The notes below the pieces were generated by a model. The model saw only the letters and a program-made list of their open reading frames with translations, was not told where the DNA came from and did no database searches. The translations under genes and the position numbers were made by a program. From positions 2,835 through 66,834 of the forward strand of contig JAUYMS010000034.1 in the NCBI GenBank assembly GCA_030698625.1: DNA of 64,000 nucleotides, in the 5' to 3' direction. This DNA is from Candidatus Omnitrophota bacterium (lineage in GTDB: Bacteria; Omnitrophota; Omnitrophia; Omnitrophales; Aquincolibacteriaceae). Positions 62,801 to 64,000 of the stretch are shown here, piece after piece. The stretch's first letter is position 1, and the number at the start of each line of letters is the position of its first letter.

Positions 62801-64000
62801 GCGCAACCGCAGGCTGCGTTTCGGTCAAATCAAGCAACCGCGTCGCAAAATTCAACACGACACTGCCGGGAGCGTTGGTTCGGGCCAGAGACGTAATCGC
62901 ACCTGCCGTCGCGGAAGCAAGAGTCGGGTTGTTGACAGTCAGACTGCCGAGGCGCAGTGCAGCACTCGTAACGAGCGCCACATCATTATTTGAAACAGCC
63001 GCGATTACGGTCAAGCTGCGCAGTAACGTCCGGGCCGCGTTCACCTGATTCGCTTGATTGGTTGCAATCGCGGCGGAGACAGGCACGACAACGGCATTGA
63101 TCGCTACAGCATTGTTGCCGGTTACCTCGGCAAGCACCGAGATACCGTGCGCAATGTCGACTGCTGCAGCCGAGTCCGTCTTGGCGAGATTGACAATCCC
63201 GCTGGTAAAATTCATGACGGCCGTGCCGTCTAGTCCGGCATCGGCGCTGGCCTGCGCCACAATGGTGATTGCCGCAATCAGAGCATTCTTTGTGCCGTTA
63301 CCCAAGTCAATTGCCGGTATTTCTAGCAGTTGCGTGATCACGGCAATCATGCTGCCGCCGGTGATTTGGAGACTGCTCAGGGCACTGAATGCCTGAGTCA
63401 GGCCGGCAGCGAAATCCAGGCCGCCGCGAGTCGTGATCAGAGTCGAGACCTTGTCTGCAAGCGAAGTGATGGCGCCAGGCTGAACCTGGATACTGGCAGC
63501 TGCCAAGAGGGCATTCGAAAAGAGATCACGCGCCTGCCCGTGGCTGTTCACATCGATTCTGCTGAGGCTGCTCTCTAGCGTTTCCTGCAGGCCGCCTATC
63601 AAGGCCTGAAGATCCTGCACTGTCGTCAGTCCCTGGATATTGCCGATGACTGCGGCCAAGGCCTGTCCGAAAAGAACACCATGCCCCTGCGTCGCCCGAA
63701 TAATCAAATCCATAACCTGGAGGGCATCGGCCGATAGCATGCCTCTCCCCATCATGCCGGTCATCGACATCGCAAGACTGGTTCCAAAAGAGACATCGAT
63801 CGTTTCCTGCACCACAGCCAGCTTATCAATCAGACTCTGAAGTGTCCTTGCCTCGGTACCGGGGGTCGCCGCGGCACCGACCGCCCGCGACAACTCGCTG
63901 GCAAAAACAATATCCTGTCGGCTGGAGATGCGGATCGACGTCAAGCGATCCACGATACTGCGCACAGCCGGGGTGTCATTGGCGAAAAGGTTCGTAATGA
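29814..64000 (-). CDS. Giant multidomain multi-pass membrane protein (at least 11383 aa; 5' end beyond right edge)
   Basis: Single ORF in the track; the frame stays open upstream of GTG 63965 to the window end (ITNLFANDTPAVRS), so the true start lies outside. Confidence 0.95.
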   Translation of the reverse strand, partial: ITNLFANDTPAVRSIVDRLTSIRISSRQDIVFASELSRAVGAAATPGTEARTLQSLIDKLAVVQETIDVSFGTSLAMSMTGMMGRGMLSADALQVMDLIIRATQGHGVLFGQALAAVIGNIQGLTTVQDLQALIGGLQETLESSLSRIDVNSHGQARDLFSNALLAAASIQVQPGAITSLADKVSTLITTRGGLDFAAGLTQAFSALSSLQITGGSMIAVITQLLEIPAIDLGNGTKNALIAAITIVAQASADAGLDGTAVMNFTSGIVNLAKTDSAAAVDIAHGISVLAEVTGNNAVAINAVVVPVSAAIATNQANQVNAARTLLRSLTVIAAVSNNDVALVTSAALRLGSLTVNNPTLASATAGAITSLARTNAPGSVVLNFATRLLDLTETQPAVAQSIGSAVTALGNTSASAATQAGFAVDIMTLNDLNATSSELAVTIANAVTAVATANISLDGTTVTNFVNGIVTLAGTDAAAAADIAHGISVLAAATGFNTFAINAIALPVSAMLVSNQTAAARTLVRSLTAIASASNNNATIVTNAALILGSLAVNNPTLALAAAGAITALAGTNVSGGVVLSLATQLLSLSETQPAVARSIADAVTAVVTADAATGASFTTNILRLLGTDAAGFTLAVTISQSVNAIALASGNNAARVTSAALRLSNLSVSNPALASATAGAIASLSAANVAGDTLVNLATRLLDLTETQPAVAQSIGRAVTALGNTSASAATQAGFAAALMTLNETNSAQAVAIADAVTAVAVTNAAAGATFAADILTLLGTDAAGSALALTISESVLAISGVRGVSAATVASFGAQFANLAVTNNAHAVRVAGVVTALVGALAQLGAADAALANQIAGAVIGTLTPVSITGSEISNNLTGETQIFVLNQEDLSSPQFLNQFRNLTANGVALSGLLLTGNTVPILIVSGEANFVRGSEALRNMVQGAGFQIVGFNIGNTNLTDGAIVDASAIPAIAVDIDLVLGGNFALSLWAAQNGNFLGIASEDGRSIQFVQISAEGAAALLAGVSNLTAAEVRAFANILVEAARGGDVVIRNELLQQMLTQSLGLEADAAAAAQIVPVVLNVFAGLLNEVNTGHEAEDRAERVKRAVNFLTALRSADFVRESGLVGATSAEESAALFLSQLLAISVSGTANTAAEATFAELFVNAITNLINMNRLAGRQLNGLVLEQVLAVLAQSLERQGQTRKAALVRAFLAELSNDRAARLAELLGVALSQGVLGSEAARAPPEVNALIEEVLPNLDAAGRSDILLASLGRSLGQVAAQTLLDEFQIEPLKRDRTGQAEQAETERRAATSVGGFGSFFANLLGGIFGTSGKVVGTILDVLTLTKAANLVVNGFIVPIVEEITFRRILPAKLQREQGMTRDEAENEAARQFALAHPDVSRVDSAEFKYYENLAKDFAAAAGSSGILGLGAAIGKHIAHNVSVIIGTAAKGERLASTIELAFGRRLEAIAPGASRLPENGKRALVLLHEQFPGLRFAYITAVSFHAYGRVNGKDLIINWRDASLAKGLNVRDSYVEIGFTVGGSLTRISANASKDSIDFARKLMGAARGLGALGIDVLSTAQRGERVVDEAAGAEKETTGSRRANAYERLLTRAGFERVQDIEGKRDEITRLYRATAAEARPGFLSRLNALAQGVLNALAAIFGSAGRLIGTGLDFISSKPANLLVNGLVVPVAEELYFRVGRPAVLLVQNLRAGHGFRNALLRAFVQANREFAAAHKSADRRAAEEIVKSSGASAVTGAAAQTVSEIINERQLRHKEFAGRMARGVLRAGPLGLLAAIASHIANNLRVLTGRGREGEILQSTVAPSQSVTQRARAARSTVKSALELLGLPDSTAGTVTYTESNYVRAATLLRQAAAVFTELAEETADKAQADKYTIEAQAANRVAEAAVSYSLGRESVEGRGDSTFALAQVQLNHAAGEFDRHAARYAGFGALAVNARSLSQQAAELYLGEGEGAQGVLTEAQDTYAKIVRTVAQAVAYAAADDSGKAEERLRTAKAALKNLQQQLGRLVNRTSGRQKAAARKLSSDLASLSAVINNIERAEARIEWAEGNIDAGDFTRALPYAQGAEADLSDALTLATGLGQNYGQSKDRIQERLDHARTLRARAEAGLKQQEGDASRTASDSAKLLNEARDLEEQAEVKVAFALNFQSMSAVGAAAEFDIAARLFADAQSRYEELGHTADAARVDTAGREARDAASRLRSGAPTIDSAEQQELAARNEAQARAEGRGARVEAPAATGGVRIGNVVQNGAVTEAPEVSSGNLRLSNDEQLGQTYFPIEHIISRDGKYNTADKVFARLQDAGLGPKHKFTIGGKVVYSSDAFSVSKIDGRAAVVLYVVEADGTVNLRLAYKSNSQSEWRVASHLARDAENTEQVTWLGKGHHETQQTLRTGVSDYLDGLEVIDGTTLGDALDAALFIPLSVVDSMVKQAGYAATLADGGQYVAFNHSSNPSEQGVRQEGSAPDFENGILSDQTRYNDAFGGDVRTVLVQSKDGKLIYSFHHNAEYDISWQGHVELADGAITPYGVNDTVVLQAGISAPGIEYPEQAQGANGKPLGLNARFFEGDAAYLYNTGYTHAQPLVQAFRAAIVESASDQSAPAAPVTPGVPDMAAASAQAESLYGEADSHYTLAKDFEFRARRADSRDAGSYYAAAAAEYRLAIQSYRQAAQLYAALGMTKDAADATSRSASTQAELNALPVAEADKTVPVGRAAPAPPIVDEAEAVPPITDFAPPIASGADAFEAPDDGGVVVTPSDSGAVAPSGRTTPSRRARSGSGGSALLEMVKIVAGGIAGLALAALLLVFLDSQGIGQNTGLPESADQIRPFINQIYMVLAGFLALGATYFAFSKLRGFLSRMNLRAVAAVALVLAAGGAATFFLGGVVGAAVAAAVLIAIGLILSTTLQQASLTALTGLWGFIASITAWVKAGESETAQVVRAIAIALGLSAVVFGAAFALIPLTGGFLASLAYFGAFALAAALFGAAVYLIFQTVMATGRVIGRVAQFLWSHRVATGIVLASVAAILGIGLAPALALTVGLYAALGLAAIAGVAAVAAGINWLIRTYGSTITTAITSALSSAGTAVANFYAANAQRIRIAGAALAAGVGLLLGVNAVLGVSLVASAVILIGVTLAIAAVAALVIVAVAYRSEIGEALVFAAVAGAIIGVFTVIAGLSVAYNLLVGLKDLAVRYGPPVGRTLARYGAGAAIAIGIISVIVAALAYEGASNLTELAVKYRRQIGIGLTVVAAGVLAVSAVGLVVGGVINAIATIAIIATLATVIPYAIQIGSLLGLTGDRAGQIILALVLAPFVLAGIGTILGFTLGSVALGLALVFGTVAAVAVVTTLVTLAIVYRQQIAYAFSLAVLMGAAAVALSLLAAQATFDKAVDIAVNYGRRIAIALVTAAVAAAVITSFTLVLGGILPGLVAAVIVSALVAAVLYVSDLFLFTQTITIPAFGETRPEETVLRIPINLRTLLRGFASSLGTAIRNRVASISPTRMLLVMGAAAAVVTALVLGVPALVALAGLIISGAAYTLTGIVLSFLGVALLLGMLGLAGWAISEVIPEGMYRFLTGRVSDQLAVTAGIALALALVFGLTVGVVAAAVLTAIIVAVLITRALAPPVIAVSTRIAAVARALNQAFENGKKGLIEWLAKTIAPAERTGKTLSSRIVDGLRWVLGTLGTQYFNIASVLAIAAGIVMFALLLPVLVPLVGGSMAIAVMLTIALAITAGLVAGGAVILVEWIALRLLVMLFSVPDAIRNGIRSARQDLADRLNRLISADEEAAAEASEPSTAAEIHAAKARARAAKAREHLVKGELTQAARELRAAYRHAGEVLNYAPAAEAVSLHATVLAELGALRVELATAAAAARAAIPVTAADLFVDGADFLNDIDEAFKRDAAARAKAQRLVEAADELLAKIDQLAALQARPRTAQTYRQMQQLRAQILGLYAETQTLQAELGVTANQANQFRAKAAAALSRVDTLDINAVRNNVSKFQELCGGGGCGETSHELAAIRAELAVEDAIRAGDRDALRTALQQQKQAHDAMIEGIKGSSLSEAQKQELADERADRVGHTFENVARSGIEIDADFAADLEALDATCSSCAVNFANRAAKGAPRDEAVHAAIEQVLDVARNRRETAEKEARGPDTERIQKLSASEAAVLSDAEFGVWAASRTADTYTAEQVGTAAELAEALVLRGDLDAARAVVSKLDALHKVTDITELKKTLRGLLKGTRAKALSEANQEFNTKLDAVINAINEQINKAGTRDTTVLDGLNATQAQAEELARGADLDLTKGIRAQGKLRALIAGIRSALKDEKITLQEAQALLAQAYRLGIEVNARVATNAAARAEAEGATIEGAERQLRLAGESLDEARSYLEILLKGGNLTDAELAGLLALVQAARDNLSEGRARLEARRTGIDLDAAPVTDEAIRLTEDDAHAAEDLSRRGASELAVLRALRDQYEAAADSQREAAAKFRGIYSSYLRGEGATYAQVQAARTALEAAVRNTETARNQFQAKYDALTLSFDTTGESNAHLALAGEGVLQEFRSEYVAVTAGDRTLQDHFSELAVRTAALQESLYASLAEGRELSELERREAENVAAHAGAALREGDESSTAAAAAFPVLTADTRGAGTNVLEGVTPTVSGSSLVTIDPATGTIVLDRRALGRVTDVLSARRQLLAELEDVFVSLGIGTDAEGMKRRRLIVTAILLQNRTIARLAALGHAVPNHLRIEILENAPHPADFEFATGTIRLDASLFSGQFSAGELSLLLGFFTGHELHHQELTAAGVAAADQEAIVINGDVERFKTLTPDQRAKLLAALAKLDGFGFLVTLSGSYRLLRDTNRFLNRRDPATRGTTKRSESKAKELEERRQRLHADLTVNRGAEVDERDVRVTASGGFIAKGRLNGQDAVWFFNENGDEVGFRTFAGRDADGLQEIGYSNYGENAQKAFLDNTGHIAGHRVNGFGRELKPGTDLFYLDGKVVVYVEDARTGIAFRAEFDADGNVLSTDEIVLTLDRRADVLESEFDAANGVLARIRAQLIAVDEQVKETESLLAARGSRASKVRLRATLNTLREEAKELLKKAKEAEGEIQKAGKALHDHFVEFREHVIGPQLKAGDELRNPLRQRELQIQNDRLSRRIRSLEGLVGENAKLTPDNPRSIELTDLVEGVEAAKEADAFDSKYLRIEENKDDIASFTERERLLQLKGDDAETSARAKKAIYLEQLAEFDIKVKLLLKALKNGKLSAADFDALPEPLRNRLAGVRDILFDTARSEAEKEAALRTLLRELVEQGKRGLYDDKGSVFLSSQEQAAVDTLNAVHELFNASDSLKQLLAAQLKALGNEYHKAKEIQGREIPNDIVFKFLVAGTIAQRHFNAAFDYSVRGIQLVEGAALIQGILSGIPTAQGKTGTLLFRNILKAFVGPTVAHLLHTEQAVSDDLLNENQAVYAAFGIETYGLKKNKMGRDTFKQAFSNKEQKPRVLYISISDYQFAYLEDQSSAPNDKNLSDDSYILSVDEIDAIFMILMRYINAEGGRSLAKKNVENFGTLLGFAQELVEQDLGIRTESATERTHEKWARTARRLLSRTEPGTLFVLEDSEGTDGRLSLRTTDEFSKKSKELYKKFVQRVESRGGNVQDFFAQLGLDNSNLLLSEEERKQLQNPDKAFEMLLRRSLEILLARRAGKDFGFKVAEDAKGDKIDESGTPVYEVRVMSNEGVSTQRESNFGGTILEAAFQSLVFDNGGVLKVEAESKTSGENDSLVVFEMKTRRFEDGSMDLSGSSGTVLASVKSIPSGSRDQAFIQTEDKAFLKLAAAFKIIASPEDYLNFDTHIRRARFINETKFTTAAEVDRVIADLVADAQKNYRTISRLFFKSPEQAQQAYRKYVKSYIANVKAQAEATLRANQTKLGLTDAEITAMLAELENLLQELSSKWGDATAKPALNNAVRRFFSNLRSRVRTDFDLLTALHGLEDLSLSAGRIYLLDGSQSDYGRKEGKDGGLLRGVVFASNNVSRGTNFVPPFASFSQSVKSGDRDKSVERSLRELLRQAGYSANEQTEQLEKLHHLQRLLLQDALRENLNDKTATVKLSEVLAGYSEAERQKVLDFINGLRSSVGLPVTDELTRDDVMKLLDKFSAETGNAAVAKAQATSGDARTSLLEKLGLESSATPQEIEAAYRTHVAEFFDKFSVSYAYGELGYAVGASRNLFDFEQAVARSGRNEAPGRVGEIYVNEWDVNEIVALGFENLPGTKADAASFALFKKTLAQYFALQQKVEAARAKGRDTTGLERKLDVKRAKLEALLSQARRNTTEATADRILIDHLPGKVEFNARAKESQKFSQFEGEQKNGAVSTTEYLASKGEAAYQQYQNGNTRVQFSVPADKSGSDADASGSQVVQENGQNFDFTYKDGQITGLKVGGVNYQLTDGKTLEIGNERYTVKLNYSRMSVTLTSEKQALNEYVIAGDRQTNGDREIKGFFKSRVERLRLGRKVQGNAQLLQRRLGRFLRGLGYLQEAKRLEAFRGTPAQIQQEYKKVVAGLGSAEDSYFSHRAVTSAVTQLFSDYRTRAQNSGQAAALSWLNGKLRALGWQFAIGREGSLETEVTAENASEVEAKLKAFGYRLVDAARVDDARRYANAQRIDKLNRIRGERTKTTGTPLFTEEGRDHDVAARRAEAYRLRLLAEEAVSEREYIDNLGRALINGAYEHSLKLEEQSEQKRRNLEVRGIHNAESRLENEFVSRIREEISNDKTLSEEAKQTLLADILNQFIADQDTLTDHALKARRAAQVLIAVRESGVPLNVSLKSIIGSEAETAARSVLNSCSSCAVEFRSLGREGSYLGVQGLQAALALGAVRERTVADALDQLKKAHPGLAADVADATAPKDLSKVGRALNRFRGRTGVIGGIAVAGALVAAAVSFFLAPFGVLLVAGIVFGAGLVLSVLPTLSSRLGLNWLIRNTIGRIMDLVGLGSFRARIQEAGAAGFSFLRTLALTGGLAAAFGSLIVAGILFAQVILAGTVLGLLVGVTAGYLGFSALQNRIGKRGAIAVVLLLGLAVIGAGAGAAVLLGLPLIPAILAAIGFNAAALVGNRATKIVATQTVVKGGLGNVLEGNRQAQLKTPAGELKVIRNVQYNNTVESVREYEPIVIRIAEDERAERAAPAVESTETEAGAATSVHTAEDVVIVERTDAGATVTVDTENTSSESTSRALSNAILALRELDRSAVCGGAGDCSDRRITVVIRQPGKPRIRLELNEDERRALIQNPEALLNRVDSLSVGRITSGGINFYGLRERTEAGNDGDLVVRAVYGQTYEQMVAADPMLQQLEQGHTAAAIEVSAELKSLKTQIDVERGKLRWVKADDGGFAFVHVDTFAEIDESVYISSGVVIQAQAKIGRNVRLEANSVVRRGATIKDGDRERPTVIGKNSVVGEGVVVGRRVQIGRNVRLRNREINPDKKKDDKDKFKQRTTIIGDDVTIGDDTTINGSTVLADIGSGYLIEDSYINAEDIEGIDLTQGAGDILSGINTSRLSRRQKESLRPAATLTDAAESGIDTALGQSKAALDRLPAAQRTRLAGVINGIARVRAAASSGDVGATRDALAALNQEVSHAAFTDVPASVRANLRKTNLALRSERRVIYRGALGIRAESYGDFFGAWTSILPERIRVPDTKVARFFFILRMLLRRGAEKVLDSILPDEWTAWYGQNRTDDQIKTEELFEQSLRQERAALAVIVTEGTERGVLDAARLVELRNDAREQVRELRRAKRNETLLKIGKVGLGLGLLGFILFNIGAAVIAGGSLLAMIVVPTVIVVGALAITGIVLFFGTRIKAFFSAAVEKIKFFFTSRVEKTKERLDRIDKEGKITHVTPLRRTLEIGLAAGLLAGGFFLGGAVLVSVSMIVAAVLAALLLISQFRAVRNIETYLLGFARSPLFWLALAGIGALLVFGLPAIATGLGLGFSFPLIGWLVTAFAAVKGALGTAATFALGKTVVGVLGSSYVWYPLVGVGSLVGLYKALSGYYTRSTLFDAEGNAKPPFVGAKFYLSYFFKGILLGLVDRHAEAKWLRSRIAALADDEATSLWTRARIALAPENNPSKETIDKYFALVRDREALNRVKKDQSLQKSVQERYQEKAKDSIQALVRKKKYGPSVLGDYQKYSNFQQNFDYLDKLKENEKDKDKLVQIEQQKKQLEHQLEEWEKDLSCAPACIADFKKTYATQKQSVKFFGEEIFEDLKKAADPLVAFQMEVLTAYKDRLTQIGLADKNTDLNKKDVREKLLSKNPIHTTLGHKEFLELTRKHNLEVADALNLIQGGWHLDEAAEFEAGLAIDSGGTAFKRFNKEVKRFRESSSPEALEERRNSVGFGEVFNEEDFWRDARAYNAALEKIKGEIQIAALMDGGRDPVGLAHKIDKLFEGLSEKITQERKNLADKVKAGESGFRDDETLVSDIDGSMGMGEAIFDHLRLDEKASVAAVIKIGRAVAAIRGVIAEREQEGRGRPSLRDIKSILNKFGVNLDHASDAGFAGLALDPLLQGLFAGVHDGILANDISIDDAFAIARGERTAWTNKLNLISQHLLGEDLFGTGTPLSLENLKRLYEARLAIVEQDALRADEAARLREGLAAILFHEASKLQEDGEERIQKMRRHKDKEDRIPAEQERLKNEVLAKLDAVAAAFPGYGKRIIEFRKRHGIAYTKADLEHFKSEIIRDADAILGNPAAPDEFKDILRVLIDHIRDLPIEIEPAADTPAFVRGGKIFFADWVLDDLLEGRYSGLVSQPDKGLIGYVSQHLLHEVIEYELNDFSEGVHDSYLNPFQRSKNISNFSLRARQLRASGNYVKAERVERMGRIISRVIDEGTVHGRTVASDDPFKMFRDYYAEYVASNFLKFQSREKQDATVQFYRALAMTRGEYVYRDKAAFKERIVNEPLDQDPFTRFLSGDTNAWEAYEEYFSTNVAYRWIFEFEEALQKGQVEEAKRVLDEKKKKSDEQRAKTGEPSISDPTFHYFNNLLAQSRSGRLVGSALEISRSNFERNRDITYTGFALADRERYTVEDNAVDYETKFEEHRRRRRTGDHPNRVADSFNRIRGDVLALVHSDAPDYDRTKHDRVYDRIKHLVPPAHRYQIEQAKATAEQAGLLSATHPDGLDGIKKKVSELGIPEGTSGAERRRLELERRRFLAEDTYRALVYFALQKLIIVSEPDAAKARETLLEVRKAFQDQTNKDLVSRSYDTSAKETRDFLLTRQDPTEDIHFDYQHLESDLEGAELIDRDGILVLKLKEDKFKEFMKRNGKGDSSDGAAIRFGHRAGFGTLVIVPEKKDKTKFPEGLNLRDLAHELGHARSQYLWENRQKQFADLDELLVLSQFPVMRDPLILGQQGMLSEIHSFVHETNGWRNNPSDNDTIYRSDGNLDEKELARHYRRTIIDGLRNYVNQFKLDPKKPEVQALFGKLETIADLLFTLQTRAGLDDAARDEFFRRFTAAVQKSDTLDNLIDGLLGMLSGDTVRAVKSSLGTLEDQAIRELPHLIDDVYEDEDIFYSLTDDKYPGQLKSVDKLRKKYDAIRKKLVSLLDLDIDDEFDRRALPEGIRMLLENVFSFMYTVQDETYENSRQDLETILRGFDPTRPGSEFVAELNDESRSALLARRNAERSSRDFGANLETAIDKVEEDFKKRHPGKTFDRDRERRSLERYHHLLSIGRTPRATPPAGASDEVRRQYQLHEPEVSIAIQDMVLDTIISETTRLEAEAVRLEGEGKAEDAAKVRRRADRLQDYEVKVDANGILYITFKATEGHERDAVTVVGGHMDVRPEIREGPLTTILGKDGVVRTDGTTALGADNRSGVGLALDAFDTVAGEERGEFRLVFTVGEEIGLGSKIADPEFFRDEKRQVVYVTADSQAGHKGFFRKGGSREQKGGKDFFGDKDPGIHTEIFHPDDAKGETIDKTEFAGLGKLVNEEGNKLGVDQAHVFRGVEKVGEGYSERVVTDEYGDFYHVRTHNPDIISFNFGDGGGDAARDGGREHSTDEASTLTHRSTQGEWLNAIVRNITQGRIVDDATASNVKKSFERLDNKIAGFSVTGFRLRNRTRKAQKKAIQAEIEQINAVPVDFNLNSNGKRDERARLLRTLVDRLRDGGVDPSLLAEFLPGTVRSELRVDSKLTAEGIGQIVFDSLIEGSFENDKVRRKFLAGFGADKAVSLSELLTATREFDSEYKEAKKELDVKRKTLNDLRSFEQGRVPKDIQKRAQSVAPDDRQAFLEEEHKALVERLGTKDLDLAEKKINEAEAMVKKNARKKGVIVGDGSLQIIELSDTEDVLDLLTGTDADFAFDVIQRKSDGRKFLVVGLKKSGLKLPAALTESSDFAVIDFVPKSERGRTALNSIQSKIDKLAAQLTGEESIDTEAYTTLKRSVEALKATRDRIAAEYKDVLGEEGNKKAVALAKTIDGLLATLKSEETLDAERTKKRISDRVAGLGSELEKLKSKLLASEPVQDDELPILLAQLLGLNTELDKLSGEVPTAIADAERKKLTAGIKQAQSKATNLATQLDSPADYRVYYDLEKRKAAATAEAANLNKAFEDLQKESYDSEGNFRSFETPEELAVFREELNNFKQQVDRALIEENRELLSPADQTKLQNAQAFLKDTLAATETPESALAYRQRGLDAGILRQLHIDTGQLGDSIYGRKGKAPAEDFDPAEALARTDEYLASVRDVQSRYVPTAETNEQDKEYADFAAPIERALQAHRDVLALIVEEEKLTLDKLRELNVEVGKFKELFERTDLELRSLSADALRERITNLKAIMNRAGIIAESLPQAKRDQEAAANLTFRVVKELLGHYYDEIFASERITVGRLGDIQAELALLIEDAKSLTPVIEAVAEDRRVAKFATDRDEFLAIAKGLNLTITNLLSGKKTLTDVRLDRFFEGLAKRLDGIDEILSGDEISDFQRAAALKDLKEVRERLRAVQSDPKYAKDLKHVGVLIEAGRLLSRVNELSQRSELRYIEDTSTNIEQALSRDLRKKLEVEQVEALQRIFDRTFPDHSELRDLVQGTNGVRISLEEFTGLNADAVAFFQKKQLEDRMQSIMGLNARKLLSVPEDDAVRDLRLWANHEFEHYHITERIDSIYAQLSGQLPQGTKVYDVLHEIFAYTQTLSDLEGILRSELRSEDLSVAQAERYAGLKLKVEFLLRMATGLTLDEIKKGVAADDFEGILLAILGVQAEVGGLTPLQKMLINAPVTQVVNADENFDVFLTGAEFQGAIWTEAAAFYGDAVRVAVTAAQLAGYSALPSAEAGNSTTLVSPDIDVGSALFAQVALGVVEKRWKGLLVKGVPGGVNPDSSLGRRLYRKARRDIEIALAVAMIGVEQVDKYYFFSTGKSKSEGGFGGILTDIDAFAAKLSKDILRDIEVAAAA
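33890..34960 (-). other. Gene B domain: M20/M28-type co-catalytic zinc peptidase
   Basis: GHMDV, TDGTTALGADN, VFTVGEEIG, TADS, HSTDE: candidate ligand and catalytic residues in the expected order. Confidence 0.85.
39820..40670 (-). other. Gene B: transmembrane block 3
   Basis: About 7-8 hydrophobic segments counted by eye. Confidence 0.75.
41460..41880 (-). repeat. Gene B domain: hexapeptide left-handed beta-helix
   Basis: AEIDESVYISSGVVIQAQAKIGRNVRL...VIGKNSVVGEGVVVGRRVQIGRNV...IIGDDVTIGDDTTI. Confidence 0.85.
42710..43270 (-). other. Gene B: transmembrane block 2
   Basis: About 6 hydrophobic segments counted by eye. Confidence 0.75.
45020..47830 (-). other. Gene B domain: divergent SecA-like SF2 ATPase motor
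   Basis: GIQL, IPTAQGKT, DYQFAYLED, VDEIDAIF, LSGSSGT, FASNNVSRGTNF, EQAVARSGRNEAPG correspond in order to SecA DVQL, MRTGEGKT, EYGFDYLRD, VDEVDSIL, LAGMTGT, IATNMAGRGTDI, NQLRGRSGRQGDAG. Confidence 0.82.
52680..55590 (-). other. Gene B: transmembrane block 1 (roughly 25 helices)
   Basis: About 970 aa of nearly continuous A/V/L/I/G segments with short basic loops (YRRQI, YGRRI). Confidence 0.8.
58560..58960 (-). other. Gene B domain: CPBP/Rce1-like protease motif set, copy 2
   Basis: VPVAEELYFR ... FAAAH ... SHIANN. Confidence 0.7.
59660..59960 (-). other. Gene B domain: CPBP/Rce1-like protease motif set, copy 1
   Basis: VPIVEEITFR ... FALAH ... KHIAHN. Confidence 0.7.
61400..64000 (-). 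repeat. Gene B: Ala/Thr/Asn-rich helical repeats
   Basis: Repeated ETQPAVAQSIG.AVTALGNTSASAATQAGFA units; DNA copies at 61768-61906 and 62710-62848 (offset 942 nt). Confidence 0.85.

Noticed and set aside
30110-63840. Plus-strand and alternate-frame ORFs within gene B
   Set aside because: Expected shadows of a long GC-rich coding sequence; no independent motifs.
1-64000. CRISPR arrays, tRNA/rRNA genes, IS elements
   Set aside because: None seen. Intergenic gaps are short, and the long repeats found are in-frame coding repeats.

Overview
All credible genes in this 64-kb window lie on the minus strand, and about 75% of it belongs to two giant genes that each run off an edge. Giant gene A (ATG 13818 to <1, at least 4606 aa, absent from the ORF track because its stop lies outside the window) reads, N to C: signal peptide, JAB/MPN-like motif, lectin/LamG/Ig/CBM adhesion modules, YD/RHS-like beta-hairpin repeats with an FG-GAP propeller, a C39-peptidase-like domain with Ser at the catalytic Cys position, an in-cis double-glycine-type site (LTIEKEMSVRGA), a Gly-rich hydrophobic segment, and a low-GC alpha/beta-hydrolase-like tip. 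This looks like a self-processing polymorphic toxin/adhesin. Giant gene B (>64000 to 29814, at least 11383 aa) is a multi-pass membrane polyprotein with Ala/Thr helical repeats, two CPBP/Rce1-like protease motif sets, three transmembrane blocks, a divergent but apparently complete SecA-like ATPase motor, an LbH beta-helix, four zincin-like motifs, an M20/M28 peptidase and recurrent RSELR motifs at domain boundaries. Between them lie a sigma-54-linked PEP-CTERM / lipoprotein / TPR-beta-barrel / FecR / CHASE2-PP2C envelope-signalling cassette (one PEP-CTERM gene frameshifted at a 5-bp tandem duplication), recN, a LysM amidase, tal-pgi, a two-component cluster and a cold-shock gene with a terminator in its leader. 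The style suggests Candidatus Omnitrophota (PVC), which is an inference. All domain calls come from motifs read by eye, not database searches, and internal domain boundaries are approximate.
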